A DNA stretch of 64,000 nt from Solirubrobacterales bacterium (GCA_040880005.1 JBBDJG010000028.1:11395-75394); one strand, 5' to 3'. Shown: positions 45,665-55,011, counted from the first letter of the stretch. Notes: a model not told the origin generated them from the letters alone. Numbers and translations are program-made.

Positions 45665-45952
45665 GCTTCGAGGCTCTGTACCGATCGAGTCGCGACGAGC
45701 GGCGACGGGGTCCAGTCCGGGGCGACGCTCGAGCTTCGTATTCCCTCCGCGCGCGTGCAGGACGCGCTCGCCGATCTTTCCCAACTGGCGCACGTGCGCG
45801 AGCGCAGCCAGAGCACGGCGGACATCACCTCAGACTTCGTGTCGGTGCGGGCCCGGATCGGCCGTGCCCAGCGCGAGCGGGCGCTGGCTCGCAGGAGCAG
45901 GTCGCGTCTCCGGAACGGGACCCGGCCGAACGCTAACCTAGTAGCGCGATGA
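45665..45952 (+). pseudogene. Possible DUF4349-like gene fragment at the position where recX is often found
   Basis: The open frame reads ...ATLELRIPSARVQDALADLSQLAHVRERSQSTADITSDFVSVRARIGRAQRE, which resembles the DUF4349 core (L.LRVP...f..al..L..lG.V.s...s..DVT...vDl.aRl). It lacks an N-terminal signal and a C-terminal TM segment. Confidence 0.35.
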
Positions 45953-47274
45953 AGCGCTACCACGTCACGACCTTCGGCTGCCAGATGAACGAGCACGATT
46001 CCGAGCGCATGAAGGGGATGCTCGAGGCGCTCGGCTACGAGCAGGCGGGCGAGCGTAACGACGCGGATCTGATCCTCTTCAACACCTGCTCGATCCGCGA
46101 GTCGGCCGACAATCGCCTGATCGGCAACCTCGGTGAGGCCAAGCGGCTGAAAGCCGAGCATCCCGATCGATTGGTGGGGGTCGGAGGATGCTGGTCACAG
46201 TCGCTCAAGGACGAGGTGTTCGAACGATTTCCGTTCGTGGACGTGGCTTTCGGCCCGAGCCAGATCGACAAACTCGGCGAGTTCCTCCAGGCCGATGACC
46301 TCTCCGCTCAGGGCTACTTCGAGTTCGAGGGCTTCGCGGGCGACCTGCCGATGAAGCGCGAGCGCCCGTACCAGGCCTGGGTGCAGGTCTCCGTCGGCTG
46401 CAACTGCGTGTGTTCGTACTGCATCGTGCCCTCGACACGCGGGCGCGAGCGCAGTCGCAGCCCCGCCGATCTGGTGGCGGAGGTCGAAAGGCTTGCGGTG
46501 GACGGAGTCAAGGAGATAACGCTGCTCGGCCAGAACGTCAACTCCTACGGCCGCGACCTGTCAAAGGACGAGCGCATCGACTTTGCCGACCTGCTCACCC
46601 TGATCGACGCCGTCGAGGGCATCGAGCGCATCCGTTACACGAGCCCGCACCCGAAGGACGTACGCGAAAAGCTCGTTCGCGCCCATCTGGAGCTTCCCAC
46701 CGTGTGCGAGCACATTCACCTCCCCCTGCAGTCGGGTTCGAGCCGCATCCTCAAGGCAATGCGCCGGACATACGATCGCGGTCGCTACATGCAGCGCGTG
46801 GCAATGATCCGCGAGCAGTTGCCCGACTGCGCGCTGACGACAGACATCATCGTTGGCTTCCCCGGTGAAACCGACGAGGACTTCGAGCAGACGCTGGAGG
46901 TCGTGAGCGAGGTCGGCTACGACTCCGCGTTCACCTTCGTCTTCTCGGCGCGGAGGGAGACCGAGGCGGCCGGTTTGGCGGGTCAGATCGCGCACCCGGT
47001 AAAGCGGGAGCGCATGGAGCGCCTCGTGGAGTTGGTGCAGCGTCGCGCGCTGGAACGGGGCAGGCGGTTCGTCGGAACCCGGCAGGAAGTGCTGGTCGAG
47101 GGAACAAGCCGCACCGACCCGGCGAAACTGCGCGGTCGCACGCGTCACAACAAGACTGTCAACTTCAGCGGCACGGCGATCGCCGGCGAGCTCGCTTTCG
47201 TGGACATCACCGCGGCCACATCGACGACGCTGGCTGGCGAGCAGTCGCTGGTCGCGGCCTCCGCAGCTCCGTGA
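45949..47274 (+). CDS. miaB: tRNA-i6A37 methylthiotransferase
   Basis: TFGCQMNEHDSE is the UPF0004 domain, CNCVCSYCIVP is the radical-SAM CxxxCxxC motif, and a TRAM domain follows. Confidence 0.95.
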   Translation: MKRYHVTTFGCQMNEHDSERMKGMLEALGYEQAGERNDADLILFNTCSIRESADNRLIGNLGEAKRLKAEHPDRLVGVGGCWSQSLKDEVFERFPFVDVAFGPSQIDKLGEFLQADDLSAQGYFEFEGFAGDLPMKRERPYQAWVQVSVGCNCVCSYCIVPSTRGRERSRSPADLVAEVERLAVDGVKEITLLGQNVNSYGRDLSKDERIDFADLLTLIDAVEGIERIRYTSPHPKDVREKLVRAHLELPTVCEHIHLPLQSGSSRILKAMRRTYDRGRYMQRVAMIREQLPDCALTTDIIVGFPGETDEDFEQTLEVVSEVGYDSAFTFVFSARRETEAAGLAGQIAHPVKRERMERLVELVQRRALERGRRFVGTRQEVLVEGTSRTDPAKLRGRTRHNKTVNFSGTAIAGELAFVDITAATSTTLAGEQSLVAASAAP

Positions 47275-48176
47275 TCGCGCTGTTCGGCCCGACGGGTGTG
47301 GGCAAGACGCAGACGGCGATCGAGCTGGCCGCGCTGCTGCGCGAGCGTGGCGAGGACCCGGTCGCGATCTCGGCCGACGCGATCCAGGTCTACCGCGGGC
47401 TCGATCTGCTGTCCGGCAAGCCGTCCGCCGAGCAGCTCGACCAGCTCGAGCACAGGCTGCTTTCGTTCGTGCCGCTGAACGAGGAATACAGCGCCGGACA
47501 GTTCGCGGCCGCCGCCCATGCCGAGATCGACGAGGCGCTCGCGGCCGGTCGCACGCCGATCGTGGTCGGCGGAACCGGGTTGTATCTGCGCGCGGCGTTG
47601 ACCGAGCTGGAACTGAAGCCGCCGCCGCAGGCGGGACTGCGCGAAGACATCGAGCGTGACATGGCGCAAATCGGCGCGCAGCGCATGCATGGGCTGCTTT
47701 CCGAAGACACGGCTGGCTCCGTTCATCCCAATGATCGCAAGCGGATTGTTCGTGCGCTCGAGTTGGAGCGTATGGGAGAGCGCCCCTATACGCGGTCGGA
47801 CCAACTGTGGTCGGACGAGCTGCGCCGGCCCGCATCGCTGTTCGGCATCGTCGCCGAGCGCGATCCGCTCGCCGCGCGGGTGTCGCAGCGTGTGGACGAG
47901 ATGCTGTCGCAGGGAGCGGCTGGAGAGGTGGAGCAGGCGATCGAGCTGGGCATCTCCAGGACGGCGCGCAAGGCGCTCGGCTTCCGCGAGCTGGCCGCGT
48001 ACGCTGCGGGCGACGTCGAGCGCGACGAGGTTGCGGCGGAGATCACGCGCAGGCACCTCGCCTACGCCAAGCGCCAGATGACCTGGATGCGCAAGCTGGC
48101 CGGCGTGGAGATCGTCGATCGCTCGGAGATGACGGATGCCGACGCGGCGCACGTCGTGCTGGCGGCGGTCGCATAA
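47271..48176 (+). CDS. miaA: tRNA dimethylallyltransferase
   Basis: It has the P-loop LFGPTGVGKT plus IVVGGTGLYLRAL. A GTGA overlap links it to miaB. Confidence 0.93.
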   Translation: MIALFGPTGVGKTQTAIELAALLRERGEDPVAISADAIQVYRGLDLLSGKPSAEQLDQLEHRLLSFVPLNEEYSAGQFAAAAHAEIDEALAAGRTPIVVGGTGLYLRAALTELELKPPPQAGLREDIERDMAQIGAQRMHGLLSEDTAGSVHPNDRKRIVRALELERMGERPYTRSDQLWSDELRRPASLFGIVAERDPLAARVSQRVDEMLSQGAAGEVEQAIELGISRTARKALGFRELAAYAAGDVERDEVAAEITRRHLAYAKRQMTWMRKLAGVEIVDRSEMTDADAAHVVLAAVA

Positions 48177-48188
48177 ACTGCGCGCTCC

Positions 48189-49046
48189 TTGACCCTCGCC
48201 TTCGAAAAGTGGCAGGCGCTCGGCAACGACTACATGATCGTGGAGCAGGAATCGCTCCCGTTCGCCCTGACGCCCGCGCGCGTGCGGATGATGTGCGCGC
48301 CTCACTTCGGTTGCGCTTCCGATGGGGTGCTGCTGCTGGCGCGCCCCGACGACGAGCGTCACGTGGCGCGCCTGCGAATCTTCAACCCCGACGGATCGGA
48401 GGCCGAGCTGTCGGGAAACGGCGCCCGCGAGGCGGCTCTGTATCTGCACCGCCGCGGCTGGACCGATGCCGGCAGCTTTTCGATCGTGACCGACGCCGGC
48501 GAGATAACGCCGACGATCACGTCCGAGCGCACCTGCCGGATGGAGATCGGGCGCGCGACGCTGAGGTCCGCGGACTTCCCCTCGGGCGGTGCCGACGGCA
48601 AAGGCACGGTGGTGGCCGACGGCCGCGAGTTTGCCTTTCAGCACGTCCACGTGGGCAACCCTCAGTGCGTGATCGACGTCGGCGAGGAGCTCGGCAGTAT
48701 CGACCTGGCGCGCTTCGGGCCGGGGATCGAGTCGAACGAGCTGTTCCCGAACCGAACCAACGTGTCCTTCGTTCGCACCGCGGGGCCCGGCCAGCTGCGC
48801 GCCCGCATCTTCGAGCGCGGCGTCGGCGAGACGTTGTCGTCGGGCACGGGTGCGTCGGGAGCGGCGGTGGCGAGCGTCGTCGGTGGGCGGGCGAGCACGC
48901 CCGTGACCGTGACGCTGGACGGTGGGCAGTTGGAGGTGGAGGTCTCGGACCAGCTCGACGTGACGCTGAGCGGATGGGCGGAGCACGTCTTCTCGGGCAG
49001 CTTGTCGGAGGACCTCGTGCGAGCGCTGGAGCAGGCAGATGACTAG
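48189..49046 (+). CDS. dapF: Diaminopimelate epimerase
   Basis: WQALGNDYMIV and the two catalytic Cys contexts (NPDGSEAELSGNGAR; ERGVGETLSSGTGA) are present. Confidence 0.9.
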   Translation: MTLAFEKWQALGNDYMIVEQESLPFALTPARVRMMCAPHFGCASDGVLLLARPDDERHVARLRIFNPDGSEAELSGNGAREAALYLHRRGWTDAGSFSIVTDAGEITPTITSERTCRMEIGRATLRSADFPSGGADGKGTVVADGREFAFQHVHVGNPQCVIDVGEELGSIDLARFGPGIESNELFPNRTNVSFVRTAGPGQLRARIFERGVGETLSSGTGASGAAVASVVGGRASTPVTVTLDGGQLEVEVSDQLDVTLSGWAEHVFSGSLSEDLVRALEQADD

Positions 49047-49070
49047 CCCGCTCGGCAGTGAGGAGGCACG

Positions 49071-50234
49071 ATGAAACCGGCCAAGCGCCTCGATCGGATC
49101 GCTCCCTACATGTTCGCCGAGCTGGAGAAGCGCATCGCGGCGAAGCGCGAGCAGGGCACCGACGTGATCTCGCTGGGAATCGGGGATCCGGATCTGCCGA
49201 CCCCACGCCACATCATCGAGGCGATGATCTCTGCGCTGAATGACCCGGGCACGCACCAGTATCCAACCAACCGTGGCCGTGGGGAGTTCCGCGAGGCGGT
49301 GGCCGCGTTCTACCGGTCGCGCTTCGGCGTCACGCTCGACCCGGCGACCCAGGTGATCCCCGCGATCGGCGGCAAGGAGTGCATCTACAACATCAACTTC
49401 GCCTACCTCGACGCGGGCGACGCCGCCCTTGCGAGCGATCCCGGATATCCCGTCTATACCGGTGGTCCCTTGCTGGCCGGCGGTGAGCCGGTGTTGATGC
49501 CGCTCCTGCCGGAGCGATCCTTTGCGCCCGACCTCGGCGCGATTCCCGCGGAGAAGCTGGAGCGCGCGCGGGTGATGTTCCTGAACTATCCGAACAATCC
49601 CACCGGCGCGATCGTGCCCGTCGGGTTGTTCGAGCAGGTCGTCGCCTTCGCGCGCGAGCACGACCTCCTGGTCGTGCACGACAACGCCTACTCCGAGCTG
49701 ACCTACGACGGCTACGTCGCGCCGAGCTTTCTTGCCACCGAAGGCGCGCTCGACGTCGGAGTGGAGGTCTTTTCCCTTTCCAAGTCGTACAACATGACCG
49801 GCTGGCGCTGCGCCGCGATCGCCGGCAACGAGCAGGCGATCGAGACCTACTGGAAGCTCAAGACGAATGTGGACTCGGGCCTGTTCGAGGCGATCCAGCT
49901 CGCCGGTGCCGCGGCGCTGTCGGGGCCGCAGGACTGCGTCGAGCAGATGTGCGCGATCTACGCCCGGCGCCGCGACCTGGTGCTCGGCGCGCTGGCCGAC
50001 ATCGGCATCGACCTGGAGCCACCGAAGGGCACGATCTATATCTGGGCCCCGGTCCCGGAAGGACACAGCTCGGCTTCATTTGCCGAGCAGGTGCTGGAGC
50101 GCTCGGCGGTCGTGGTGTCGCCCGGCTCGACCTACGGGCCTCACGGGGAGGGCTTCTTCCGCATCTCGCTGACCGTTGCCGACGACCGGCTCGCCGAGGC
50201 GGTCGAGCGCATGCGCGACAGCCTCGGTGGTTAG
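49071..50234 (+). CDS. dapL: LL-diaminopimelate aminotransferase-type class I aminotransferase
   Basis: The N-terminus RLDRIAPYMFAELEKRIAAKREQGTDVISLGIGDPDLPTP is typical of DapL. SLSKSYNMTGWR holds the PLP Lys, and the gene is adjacent to dapF. Confidence 0.8.
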   Translation: MKPAKRLDRIAPYMFAELEKRIAAKREQGTDVISLGIGDPDLPTPRHIIEAMISALNDPGTHQYPTNRGRGEFREAVAAFYRSRFGVTLDPATQVIPAIGGKECIYNINFAYLDAGDAALASDPGYPVYTGGPLLAGGEPVLMPLLPERSFAPDLGAIPAEKLERARVMFLNYPNNPTGAIVPVGLFEQVVAFAREHDLLVVHDNAYSELTYDGYVAPSFLATEGALDVGVEVFSLSKSYNMTGWRCAAIAGNEQAIETYWKLKTNVDSGLFEAIQLAGAAALSGPQDCVEQMCAIYARRRDLVLGALADIGIDLEPPKGTIYIWAPVPEGHSSASFAEQVLERSAVVVSPGSTYGPHGEGFFRISLTVADDRLAEAVERMRDSLGG

Positions 50235-50260
50235 CTGCCCGCCGCGTAGAACGAACAACG

Positions 50261-50277
50261 AGGGGGCTTCGCCCCCT
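50261..50277 (+). terminator. GC-rich hairpin after dapL, without a U-tract
   Basis: AGGGGGC-TTC-GCCCCCT lies 27 nt after the stop codon. Confidence 0.35.
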
Positions 50278-50319
50278 TCGATACCCCCTCACGTGCGAGG
50301 GTCGGCCCACGGCCGCCCC

Positions 50320-50325
50320 TAGAAT
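50320..50325 (+). promoter_or_regulatory. -10 hexamer placed for a leaderless hflX mRNA
   Basis: TAGAAT is followed by 6 nt and then the GTG start at 50332. There is no SD and no clear -35. Confidence 0.45.
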
Positions 50326-50331
50326 GAGATT

Positions 50332-51687
50332 GTGGAACGGACCAAGAAGCACGACCGCGCGAGGCAGTCGCGCTACGCGTCCAAGTCGGACGCGGGCATC
50401 GCGAACCCGCGTGCACGCCAGCGGGCGCTTTGCGTGGCGGCCCTGCCGCCGGTGCGGCACGCCGGCGAGGGCATCGACGAGCTGGCGGAGTTGAAGGAGC
50501 TGTTGCGGACTGCCGGCGTCGCTGTGGCCGGCGAGCTGGTCCAGCGCCGCCCGCACCCCGACCCCAACGCGTATCTCGGAGCAGGGAAGCTGACCGAGCT
50601 CAAGCACGCGGCGCAGGCTGTGGACGCCAACCTGATCGCCTGCGACGACGAGCTGCTGCCACGCCAGGAGCGCAACCTCGAGCGGGAGGTCGGGCTGCCC
50701 GTGATCGACCGCACGGCGGTCATCCTCGACATCTTCGCCGACCATGCCGATTCCGCGGAAGGCAAGCTTCAGGTCGAGCTGGCGCAGCTCGAGTACAACC
50801 TTGCGCGCATGGCGGGGCTGTGGACGCATCTCGAGCGACTCGGTGGCGGAATCGGAACGCGCGGCCCGGGGGAGACCCAGATCGAGACCGACCGTCGCCT
50901 GGCGCGCGACCGCATCGCCGCGCTCAAGCGACGCTTGCGCAGGACCGGCGAGACACGCCGGCTGGCCCGTCGCCAGCGCGAGGCCTCGGATCAACCGAGG
51001 GTCGCACTCGCCGGCTATACGAACGCAGGCAAGTCGACCTTGATGAACGCCTTGACCGACGCCGAGGCGTCGGTTGGCGAGCAGCTCTTTCACACGCTCG
51101 ACCCCAAGACTCGCGCTTTCCGCTACGAGGGCCGCACGTATCTCTTGACCGACACGGTGGGGTTCATCCGCAAGCTCCCTCACCAACTCGTCGAGTCCTT
51201 CAAGGCCACGCTCGAAGAGACCATCAACGCCGACCTGATCCTGCACGTTGTGGACGCGGCCGTACCGGAACCCGAGCGCGAGGCGATGATCGCCGCGGTA
51301 CAGGAGGTTCTCGGCGAGATCGGCGCCGAGCCGGTCCCGATGATTCTTGTGCTGAACAAGATCGATCTGCTGCCGGCGCAGGATCGGGAGCTGCTGGCTC
51401 GCCGGCCGTTGTGTTCGAGTCGCGACGCGGTGCTGCTCTCTGCCGCCACGGGCGAGGGTGTGGATGATCTGCGCTGTCGGATCGAGCGGGCATTCCGATC
51501 GCGGCTCGAGCCGGTTGAGCTGCTGGTGCCATTCGAGCAGGGTGGGATCCTCTCCGAGCTGCACGAGGTGGCAGGCGACCTCGAGCGCGAGGACACCATG
51601 GAGGGCGTGCTCGTGCGGGCTCGGGTGCCGGCTACGGTGGCGGAGCGCATGCGCCCGTACGAGTGCAACGGCCGGCGCGGCGCTTGA
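50332..51687 (+). CDS. hflX: GTPase HflX
   Basis: It has the HflX N-domain (ELAELKELLRTAGV...DRTAVILDIFADHA), the linker EYNLARM and the GTPase motifs (GYTNAGKSTLMN, DTVGF, NKID). Confidence 0.93.
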   Translation: MERTKKHDRARQSRYASKSDAGIANPRARQRALCVAALPPVRHAGEGIDELAELKELLRTAGVAVAGELVQRRPHPDPNAYLGAGKLTELKHAAQAVDANLIACDDELLPRQERNLEREVGLPVIDRTAVILDIFADHADSAEGKLQVELAQLEYNLARMAGLWTHLERLGGGIGTRGPGETQIETDRRLARDRIAALKRRLRRTGETRRLARRQREASDQPRVALAGYTNAGKSTLMNALTDAEASVGEQLFHTLDPKTRAFRYEGRTYLLTDTVGFIRKLPHQLVESFKATLEETINADLILHVVDAAVPEPEREAMIAAVQEVLGEIGAEPVPMILVLNKIDLLPAQDRELLARRPLCSSRDAVLLSAATGEGVDDLRCRIERAFRSRLEPVELLVPFEQGGILSELHEVAGDLEREDTMEGVLVRARVPATVAERMRPYECNGRRGA

Positions 51688-52115
51688 TCGTCGAGTTCAC
51701 AGTGCTGAGCGAGCATGGCCGCCAGCCGCGGCGCGCCCACGAGCACGATGCCGGCTATGACCTGCTCGCGGCGCAGGACGCCGTCATCGCCCCGGGCGAG
51801 CGGGCGAGTGTCGGCACCGGAATCGCGGTGGCGATCCCCGAAGGGCATGCCGGTCTCGTGCTGCCCCGTTCGGGGCTCGCGGCTCGCCACGGGATCGCGT
51901 TGGTCAACGCCCCTGGCTTGATCGACTCGGGCTATCGCGGCGAGCTGCGGGTGCTGTTGCTCAACACCGACCGACGCGAGCCGTTCGAGGTGCGAGTGGG
52001 GGAGCGCATAGCGCAGCTGCTGATAACCGCTGTCGAAGCGGTCGAGTTCTCGCAGGCGCGCGAACTGTCGGGCACGGCCCGAGGCGAGGACGGTTTCGGT
52101 TCGACCGGTCGCTAG
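51684..52115 (+). CDS. dut: dUTP diphosphatase
   Basis: AGYDL, PRSGLAARHGI, GLIDSGYRGEL and GFGSTG are present. The TTG start overlaps the hflX stop (TTGA). Confidence 0.9.
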   Translation: MIVEFTVLSEHGRQPRRAHEHDAGYDLLAAQDAVIAPGERASVGTGIAVAIPEGHAGLVLPRSGLAARHGIALVNAPGLIDSGYRGELRVLLLNTDRREPFEVRVGERIAQLLITAVEAVEFSQARELSGTARGEDGFGSTGR

Positions 52116-52870
52116 GGCCGTTCGAGGACGCAGACCACGCTGCCGACGTGGTCCGCGGTCGCGCCGATCTCGCGCCGGACCGCGTTGATCAGGCCTGCGC
52201 GTTCGCACTCGCGCTCGAGCTGATCGGCCGGCACCAGCCGCAGGCTCACCGAGTCTCGATGCTCGAGCACGTCCCCGGCAGACGACACGGCGCTGCGAAG
52301 CCGTTCGAGCACCACGCTGCGGCCACGGTCGCGTGTCCTGATCGCTACAGGGAGGCTGGAGCAGGCCCAGCCGTCGGCCTCGCCCGTGTCGGGCAGCGGC
52401 GCGCGGTAGTCGGAGTCGATCGGCTCGTCGCCCAAGTCCATCAGCGCAGCCGCGAACAGACCGCCCGGCCTGAGATGACGCACGACGCGTTCGAGGAATC
52501 CTTGACGTTGGGCCCCGCCGCCCAAGAGCTGGACGAACTGCATCGGCGCAAGAACCAGGTCGAACTCGACGCCGAGGTCGAGCTCCCGTGCGTCGCCGAC
52601 GACGGTCTTCACTTCGATTCGCGCCTGTGATGCGCGCTGTTCGAGTGCCGCCAGCAGTGCGGGGTCTCGATCGAGGGCGGTCAGAGCATGCCCCCTTCGT
52701 GCGAGATCGAGGCTGACGCGACCTGTGCCGCAGCCGATGTCGAGCACCCCGGCGCTCGAGCCGCTCGGTGCGGAGCGGGTCGCGAGCTTGCGCCAGAGCG
52801 CGAGGTCGGCACGATACGCGCCGCATTCGATGTCGTGCCAGACGAAGCTGCCGGGCCCCGGGTCGCTCAC
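52112..52870 (-). CDS. Class I SAM-dependent methyltransferase
   Basis: VLDIGCGTGRVSLDLARRGHALTALDRD is motif I and the acidic loop. The GTG start overlaps the stop of the upstream lipid-kinase gene (GTGA). Its stop shares the CTAG tetranucleotide with the convergent dut stop. Confidence 0.8.
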   Translation of the reverse strand: MSDPGPGSFVWHDIECGAYRADLALWRKLATRSAPSGSSAGVLDIGCGTGRVSLDLARRGHALTALDRDPALLAALEQRASQARIEVKTVVGDARELDLGVEFDLVLAPMQFVQLLGGGAQRQGFLERVVRHLRPGGLFAAALMDLGDEPIDSDYRAPLPDTGEADGWACSSLPVAIRTRDRGRSVVLERLRSAVSSAGDVLEHRDSVSLRLVPADQLERECERAGLINAVRREIGATADHVGSVVCVLERP

Positions 52871-53751
52871 GGAGCCGGCGCGATCAAACGCAAGCGCTTG
52901 GGCAGCACGGTCACCCGTGCCGGCAGTTGGGTCAAGGGATCGCCGTCCGCGTAGACGTCGAACGGCCTGTCCGCGGCGATCTCTATCACGCGCGCACGGT
53001 GCATGACGATCTCCTCGCTGTGCACGTGCTTGCCCGAGAACACCTTGGGCAGGTTGGCGATGAAGCGACGCTTGGGAACGTCGCGCACGAAGATGACGTC
53101 CAGCAGTCCGTCCGACGGGTCCGCGCTCGGCGCGACCTTCATCCCGCCACCGTAGTAGGCAGAGTTCGCCACCACCACGTTGTAGCCGCGAAAGCTCTGC
53201 TCGGCGCCGTCCAGAGTCACGGTGAACGTGGCCGCTTTCCAGCTCGCCAGCGCGCGGATCGCGGCATACGCGTACACGAGGTTGCCGCGCATGAAACGCG
53301 TTTGGTTGGCGATGCGGTTGGCGACCGAGTCGTAGCCAACCGAGGCGATGCACGCGAACGGACGGCCGTTCGCCTCGCCGAGGTCGAGCGCACGTTCGAC
53401 GCCCGTCGCAAGTACCCGGCACGCCTCGCGCACGTCCCCGGGGATGCCAAGCGCTCGCGCGAAATCGTTACCGCGGCCCGCGGGCAGTACGCCCATCACT
53501 CCCTCGCCTCGCAGCGCGCCGGCGAGCGCGCCAACGAGCCCGTCGCCACCCAGCGCCACCACGACCTCACCTGCCGCCGCCGCTTCGCGCGCCAGCTCGC
53601 CACCGTGCTCGATGTCGCGCGACTCGATCACACGATGGGGAAGGCCGAGCTGAGCCAGTTCGGCCTCGACGTCGCCCAGCACACGCAGAGGCTTTCCACC
53701 AGCGGAGGTCGGGTTCATGATGATCGCGAGGCGCCGGCGATGTTCGCTCAT
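52867..53751 (-). CDS. Diacylglycerol/lipid kinase family protein (YegS/DagK-like)
   Basis: RLAIIMNPTSAGGK, VVALGGDGLVGALAG and GVLPAGRGNDFAR match the family. Only the C-terminal 294 aa of track ORF 52867..54933 are real. Confidence 0.85.
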   Translation of the reverse strand: MSEHRRRLAIIMNPTSAGGKPLRVLGDVEAELAQLGLPHRVIESRDIEHGGELAREAAAAGEVVVALGGDGLVGALAGALRGEGVMGVLPAGRGNDFARALGIPGDVREACRVLATGVERALDLGEANGRPFACIASVGYDSVANRIANQTRFMRGNLVYAYAAIRALASWKAATFTVTLDGAEQSFRGYNVVVANSAYYGGGMKVAPSADPSDGLLDVIFVRDVPKRRFIANLPKVFSGKHVHSEEIVMHRARVIEIAADRPFDVYADGDPLTQLPARVTVLPKRLRLIAPAP

Positions 53752-54386
53752 GCGGGCGGGCGCCTCGCCACGAAGTACGTGCCTTCCGCAACGGAGCTGC
53801 TTGCAACAGCCTCGAGCCCGCGGCGGGCGAATCCGCGGCGCAGCGCTCTGGGGCTGGTGTAGAAGGGCGTACGGGCGCCGCTCGAAGACGCGTGCACCAG
53901 ATGTCCACCCGGCGCGAGCAATTCGCTCAGGGGCTCGAAGAAGGGGGGCATGTTGAGCATTGCTATCAGGTCGAAGCGGCCGGGCTCGTTCAGCCGGGAG
54001 ATGTCGGCGGTCTCGAAGCGCACGCTGGACGACCTCTGCCGGGCCTTGTCGCGGGCGCCGGCGATCATCTCCGCGGACAGATCGATCCCGAGCACGTCGG
54101 CGTGTGCAAAGCGCTCCGCCAGCAGCAGCGCCACCGAGCCGGTTCCGGTGCCGACGTCGAGGATCCTGTCGGGTGGCGAATCGACGTGGGCGAGAGCCGC
54201 GACGATCGTCGCAAGATGGTCGGGAGAGTCGGGCTCTACGCGCTCGTCCCAGACGTCCGCCGCGGCGTCGAAGAAGCGCCTCACGACAGGCCGCGTCAAC
54301 GGCCAGCTCCAGGGCGCGAACGCGATCAGGTTGTTGATCGCACGCCCGGTCAAGCGGACTCTGCGCGAGGGCCCGGAGCGTGTCAT
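53748..54386 (-). CDS. Class I SAM-dependent methyltransferase (second in the operon)
   Basis: It contains ILDVGTGTGSVALLLAERFAHADVLGIDLS. An ATGA overlap links it to the downstream lipid-kinase gene. Confidence 0.8.
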   Translation of the reverse strand: MTRSGPSRRVRLTGRAINNLIAFAPWSWPLTRPVVRRFFDAAADVWDERVEPDSPDHLATIVAALAHVDSPPDRILDVGTGTGSVALLLAERFAHADVLGIDLSAEMIAGARDKARQRSSSVRFETADISRLNEPGRFDLIAMLNMPPFFEPLSELLAPGGHLVHASSSGARTPFYTSPRALRRGFARRGLEAVASSSVAEGTYFVARRPPA

Positions 54387-54429
54387 GGTGTGCGTGCGGT
54401 TGCTGCGGAAATGGCGACTGGACTATGAC

Positions 54430-55011
54430 ATGAGGCGCGCGACGTATGTATTTGGATACGGGTCGCTGGTGACGGTTGGGGGCCGGCGCCCCTCGCGCGA
54501 CCCGGACGGGCAGGACCCCGATCGCTACGTGACCGACCTGCTCGGCATGCGGCGCACCTGGGGCGTCGCGATGGACAACACGTGCACGATCCCCGGCTAC
54601 AAGTACTACGTCGATCGGGCGACCGGGGAGCGGCTGGAGCTGTCGGTTGCGTTTCTCGACCTCGTCGAGCACTCGACGATCGCTGTCAACGGACTGTGCT
54701 TTCGGATCGAGCCCGACGAGCTGAGCGCGCTCGACGAGCGCGAAAGAAACTACGCGCGGATCGATGTGACAGACAGAGTCGCCTTGCCGCTGGGCCGGGT
54801 GTGGACCTACCTGGGCAGCGAGGCTGGACGCCAGCGATTTGACACCGGGAAGAAGAACGGATGGGCGGCGATCGAGCGCGGGTACCGCGACGCGGTGGAG
54901 GAAGGCTTCCGGCGGCTCGGCACCGACGAGCATGCGCGCTACGTGGCTTCGACCGAGCCGGCCGAGCTGCCGGTGCTGGATCTGAAGCGAATCGACCTCA
55001 GCGCACCGTGA
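54430..55011 (+). CDS. Gamma-glutamylcyclotransferase-like (AIG2/ChaC fold) protein
   Basis: It has the N-terminal motif YVFGYGSL and is about 190 aa. The ATG is in frame within track ORF 53950..55011. Confidence 0.55.
   Translation: MRRATYVFGYGSLVTVGGRRPSRDPDGQDPDRYVTDLLGMRRTWGVAMDNTCTIPGYKYYVDRATGERLELSVAFLDLVEHSTIAVNGLCFRIEPDELSALDERERNYARIDVTDRVALPLGRVWTYLGSEAGRQRFDTGKKNGWAAIERGYRDAVEEGFRRLGTDEHARYVASTEPAELPVLDLKRIDLSAP

Noticed and set aside
47145-50066. A 973-aa minus-strand ORF, the longest non-annotated ORF in the track.
   Set aside because: It is antisense to miaA, dapF and dapL, which all have unmistakable family motifs on the plus strand. Its product is Arg/Ala/Gly/Pro-rich low-complexity sequence. 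This is the usual stop-codon-poor antisense frame of a high-GC genome.
53752-54933. The N-terminal ~390 aa of the 688-aa minus ORF 52867..54933, and the 568-aa and 548-aa minus ORFs over hflX/dut.
   Set aside because: The lipid-kinase similarity begins at MSEHRRRLAIIMNP (53751). Upstream residues overlap the methyltransferase and the GGCT-like gene in other frames or strands and are compositionally off-frame.
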